A DNA stretch of 57,116 nt, filler included, from Jimgerdemannia flammicorona (Eukaryota): NCBI GenBank assembly GCA_003990765.1. It is 3 parts of 3 records of this genome, joined end to end, with 100 filler letters (N's around TTAATTAATTAA, not from the genome) between each part and the next. Parts side by side here need not be neighbours in the genome. Positions count along the whole stretch, not along the records: positions 38,149 to 57,116 come from RBNJ01002061.1; 2 more parts are not named here. One strand, given 5' to 3'. Shown here one piece after another: positions 52,201 through 57,116 of this stretch; within the stretch, counting starts at the first letter, position 1; each line of letters begins with the position of its first letter. Position numbers and translations under genes: made by a program. The notes beneath the pieces were generated by a model. That model worked only from the letters and a program-made list of their open reading frames with translations. It had not been told where the DNA came from and did no database searches.

Positions 52201-53654
52201 CCCGACGGTATTCTGATATGTGTATCCAAAAAAATTTTACCAAGCCACGCAAAAATTTATTTAGGTCAAACGTGTCATCAGGGAATAGTCAACGATCCTA
52301 TCATGAGTACTAAATAGTGTCACTGTCAGCCTTGTCTCGATTACGGAGGTTTGCTGTGTGCACTTTTCCGCCCTTGCAGTCTCATCCTTGCTTTGGATGA
52401 AGCCGGAGCGACACTAGTGACCAATTGGCCTAATAGTGTTTCATAGGCCCTGGGTATTCACGAAACGTGAGTCCTCCATCTTGTTTGTTCACCTATTTCA
52501 TCACAGTCAGCATCGTACTAACTTTGGAACACCACATTAGTGACCAAACTTTGACTCGTAGCTGTGTGATTGTCTCATCTGAACATAACATATAGTCTAT
52601 TGTTGAATAGCTATCTTATGGGAGGATGTTTAGCATTGGAATTTGTGGGATTGCTTTGGATACCCAATTGCCCCCAACATTTCCAAATGGCGATGCCTCG
52701 CTAACGACAACCGGAACGCATTTGCAAGACTAGTTTTCGCCCCTGCGGAACATCTCTTGCCGATGTGCTTTGGCAAGGTTGGCTTGACATAGTTTGGCAT
52801 ATTTGCCTGCTCTCTTGTCTTCTTATGCATCGACATTTGTGGCTTTTTGCTGCTATGGAGATGCCGCCAATTCCGAGAGCTACATATCCATGACTTCCTT
52901 CCACAAACACATTTTCAAAGTTAAGTCATTTCATTTTACCTTTGTGAAATTAATTATTACTCTTAGCCTAACTAATTATTAAAATTCTGTAATGGCGTCA
53001 GTTGCTTCCTGTACCGAGTGGCATCAAAAAAGTCTGCCGCGAGTATTGCCCGATTTCGGTTATTGATGTACAATTTCTTTTTATACTATACATTACTTCA
53101 AAGATTGTCTGTGTACTTGTGATAAGTTAACATATAGCCAACGAGCATGTATTGTAGCAAATGATTATGATGTAATTATCTGATATATATATATTTCACA
53201 ATTGCATGGTAATCAACTATCTTTATTATGATTAAAGTTAAGGTTATTTTCTTTAAAGGCAATATGTCAATGGAAGTAGTGATTGGTTTTGAGAAGTCTT
53301 TCTTTGTATTTCCTTTAAAGGATCTCTTACAGATATTTTGGAAGTAGCAAATCATGAGTAGGAATTAGCAAAGCAGTGCTTCAATTCAGATAATATATAT
53401 CTCTATATATGTTGTAACGGTGACCCCAGAATGATGTCATCAGCACAGGAGACAGCCTTTCTTTACAAGCCACCAGATCAGAGTACAAGAAGATCATACG
53501 GCATATGAGATGAGCAATGATAACCAACTGTGAGTCATTGTGACCACAGCACAAGCATTCTAAAGAATATAAAAGAAGGATCAAGGAACCGCAGTAGCAG
53601 CAACCAACAAGAACCATCAATCCCAAAATAGCTCAAAGACTTATCACAAACAAA

Positions 53655-54496
53655 ATGCCTGCTGCCTGCCAAACCTCAAGGTCAAGGAATCATCAAGGTA
53701 TCTCGGTCGAGGAAAGGATGTTCCAAGACATCAGAAGAGCCATGAGGACCCACTCAAGAAGGACTCCTAGTGTCAACCTGAGTACTGCAGACCCCTACCA
53801 CTTCATTCTCTACCGTTGCAAAATGGAAACAAGGATCACTATTGCCACCGAATACCTTCAAATGTGGCAGGAGTACAAAATAGGAAACCTCCTCTGCCGG
53901 GAGTTCCCACAGGCCAGCCCTCAAGAGCTACAAGATGCCACTCCCATAGACCTACATGAGGCAAGGACAGCAAAGAAGATCCATCAGATCTTCAGGCATA
54001 TACTATGGTTGATCTCCAACTTGGAGTATGTTAGAGTCTCAGACTTCAGAGACCTGTCATCCCCCATATCAATGCACTAGAAGCCAGGGTAGCTACAGAA
54101 GCCCAGTCCACCATCACCCTCAACAGTGAAGAAGTAGAAGACTTCTGGCACCCTATCCTTCAAGACAACCCAGACCAATTCCTGCAAGGATTGATCTCAG
54201 TATTCCAAGGCCCAAGCATCCAGGTTAGATCTCCCCAAGACCCCACATTTGTCTCCTATTTTGTGGAAGAGAATCTCATAGACTGGAGAGCTCCAGACCT
54301 TGTTCCCGATTTTCCCACCACACTCAAACGTGATGACGTCATTGATGATGTCATCCTGCGTGACATCAAAGTATGCAAAAATGACAAAGTACGCGAGATG
54401 CGCAATCTACATGACAAATTCGTGGACCTCATCTCCTTCAGTGATGATGATGATGATGATGATGAAGCTCCCATAATCCTGAACTTTCTGCTCTAA
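53655..54496 (+). pseudogene. LTR-B U3-encoded protein (about 280 aa after repairing a 1-nt deletion near 54063)
   Basis: ORFs 53655..54080 and 54191..54496 join if TCATCCCCCAT is restored to TCATCCCACCAT, as in the copy at about 26140. Confidence 0.85.
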
Positions 54497-54504
54497 AAGT
54501 TCTT

Positions 54505-54640
54505 TGTTACACTGGATAATGCCAGCACCGGTATTCTTATGTAACACTGGATAATGCCAGCACCGGTATTCTGAGGTGACGCGAAATTGTTCCAGCACCG
54601 GCATTTTGATGTAATACTAAATAATGCCAGCCCTGGAACT
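54505..54640. repeat. Roughly 35-bp tandem repeats in LTR-B U3 between ORF and TATA (enhancer-like)
   Basis: ACACTGGATAATGCCAGCACCGGTATTCT twice, plus two degenerate copies. Confidence 0.75.
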
Positions 54641-54966
54641 TAGTAGTTTTAGTTATTGGAATTTATATTTAGCCTTATATCTTAGCAACCATTGAATTAT
54701 ATTTTGTATAAATATCTCTCTTATTTCCTCTGAAATAAAGTCAGTCAATTCAGTATATTCAGTCAACTCAGTACAATACACACACTTCCTTGCAAGCAAT
54801 CTAAGAGATAACAAGACAGTTAAAGATAAGAAGTTTGAGGACTATAAGATCTTGGGAAGGCACTCCAATAAGAACTTGCTTATAACAACTTGAGTTAGTC
54901 TAAGAGATACACCTTGAAGAGAATCTGGCATATTTGAAGGACTTAGCGACCACTATGTGACAATGT

Positions 54967-56790
54967 AAATATAAATTATGAAACTAATTTACATTAAGTC
55001 TACTATGGAACCAAAAAACTACAGCACCATCAGAAGTATTTTGAAATAAGAACAAGATAAGAAAATTGCTTCTTACATTTTTAAATTATCTGATATTTAA
55101 GTTATTTAAGAATATTTGGATAAAGAGATAATTATCTATAAAATTTATCAATAATTATATGTCAATTCTAATAATTCTAATAGAAGTGTGAATACTACTT
55201 ATATTTCTAGACAAAGTCAGCAGAAATTAAATTTTAAAAAGTGAGAATTACCAGAAACTTCTAAAGAATTAAGAAAAAAAAAATAAAAATATAAAGAGTA
55301 AAGATATATAGAAATAGTCCTATATATTCTTCAATATACTATATAGAAAATTTAATAAAAAACTAACAAACTGAATATAAAAATATATATATAGTAAATG
55401 ATAAAAATCTAACTAAATATAAGAAGGTACTTTATTTTTTTGAACTTGACTATAGTTGTAGTTACTCATTCAAGATTTCTAAGAAAGTGTTTGCCAAATT
55501 GCATAAAGCTTTTTAAGCTCTTACTAAGTCTAAATAAGATATCTTCTTAATAGTCTAACTTAAGATTATAGATAGAGAAGTGACTAATACTAGTTGATAT
55601 CTCAAGAATTTAATAGAAGAATCATCTATTGCTAGAATTATAATATATCTCTTTATCAAAAAAAACTTACCTCAATATATCAACATTAGTTATAATTATT
55701 TTGAAAATATCTGAAATTACTTACTTAAGAATAGTCTTCTATCATAAATCTATAGTAATGTAAAGAGAATACTATAGTAAAAAACTAAGATATTCATTAA
55801 TATTGACATTATTACTACTATCAAATTTTTTTTACTAAATTATACTAAGATTCATAACTTATAACTTATTTAGTCCAGTTAGAAATATTAATTATATAAT
55901 CCAATCAATTATTTTTCTACTAGTAGAAATGAGCTATAAGTCTGTTCATTATGATTTTTTAACTAACTTAGAAAAAGATAATACTTTACATATACTTAAA
56001 TATGATACTTTCTATAAATTATAGTATTAGCTAATCCTGTATATTAAAATTATGAGTTCTTAAACTGATTTATATAATACTTATTAATACTTATAAAATG
56101 ACTTATAATTTAAAGCTTATAAAGAGGAAGAAATCCAGAACTTATTAAATAAGTATAAAGAATATTTAGCTAAAGCCAAGTTAGAGTAAAACTATTATAA
56201 TAAAAATTCTAAGTTAATAGAAGAATAAAGAAAACTTATTAACAGAAATTATTCTATACTAAATAATGAGATACTATATTGTAACATTGATATAATTATC
56301 TATTATAGTTATAATTAAGCTCAAAATGTTCATATTTTTCATTTAGATTAACAGATCAATAAAGTGTATTATCTAAGTACTCACAAGGTATATTTGTTTA
56401 GCATCTAAGATGAAGTAGTATAGAAGCAAATCAATTATATACTAGATAAAAATAAACTACTTGAAAAGAGTTTAAATGATATACTTAGTCTAGTTTTTAA
56501 TGAACTTAAATAATGAAATAAAGATAAAAAACATTTAAAAACCATTTGTGACAATATGAGCAAATAAAATAAAAATAATACTACTCTTTGATTTTACCTA
56601 TATCTAATGATTGCTAGTTATTATAAAAGTATTAAATTGAACTTTATTGTTCTGGATCATATAAAATTCAAATATAATAATAGCTTTAGATTAATTAAAA
56701 GACTTTATTATAAAACAATAGTAGATTATATAGATTATATTATTGATATAGTAAAAAGATCTAGTATCATCAGACTAAACAAAGCTTAAT
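54967..56790 (+). pseudogene. Extremely decayed Sola-like DNA transposase
   Basis: Decayed motifs YSY(D)(W)AQNV (about 56305), KQINYILD (about 56425), CDNMSK*NKNN (= DNCxGQNKN, about 56547) and LNFIVLDHIKFKYNNSFRLIK (= FMVPGHTKFxCDGxFGLIK, 56607..56789). The 5' boundary is uncertain. Confidence 0.65.
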
Positions 56791-57116
56791 ATTATAATAG
56801 TAATGAAGGTTTTCAAGGGTGTTAGTAGTTTGGGTGGGATTGGCAGGACATTAGCTATTTGTATTTGAGGAGGGGTAGCAGTTGAGACTGCAGGAGAAGG
56901 TTTTAAGGTAGGAGGAGCTGTTGAGAGATCTGATGACTGGATGGTGGCTAGGTTGGAGTCCTTTAGGGGGGCAATGGCGAGGTTTGGTAAAGAGGATATA
57001 TAAACAGAGTGGTGGAAGAGTGAGAATTGTATTTGATAGAGTGGTATTTCATCAAGAAGAGGTAGGGGAGAGAGGCCCCTCTAGGGGGATTGGATAGGGG
57101 GTGGATTCACTGTACT

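Larger units (their letters stand above)
53413..54962 (+). mobile_element. Solo LTR of family B (1550 bp)
   Basis: TGTAACGG...TGTGACA with 4-bp TSD ATGT (53409-53412, 54963-54966). TATAAA at about 54707 and AATAAA at about 54734. Confidence 0.95.

Noticed and set aside
56800..57116. G-rich terminal segment, possibly another retroelement
   Set aside because: Cut by the window edge, with no diagnostic motif.

Overview
Eukaryotic, almost certainly fungal, transposon-dense window. Introns, the element families and Mucoromycota/Glomeromycota-like protein motifs suggest an early-diverging fungus; this is inference. Nearly all of it is nested mobile DNA eroded by C>T/G>A transitions. It holds at least six Ty3/Gypsy LTR-retrotransposon pieces (two with chromodomains, two with dUTPase), several L1/Tx1-like LINE copies or fragments, a 6.4-kb hAT transposon nested in an older copy of itself, two MITEs, a Sola-like transposase relic, a 1.2-kb 9-bp tandem array and two scaffold gaps. 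One small CpG-intact island (about 51.7-53.2 kb) may be host DNA. Two observations stand out. (1) The hAT element carries a convergent, intron-containing cargo gene with 2-oxoglutarate/Fe(II) dioxygenase (TET/JBP-like) motifs, also present in the older copy. (2) Two different Ty3 lineages have enlarged LTRs (2.0 and 1.55 kb) whose U3 regions encode apparently homologous 280-384 aa proteins upstream of the TATA box, while a sister element has a short LTR without the ORF. All calls come from manual reading and translation; no searches were run.
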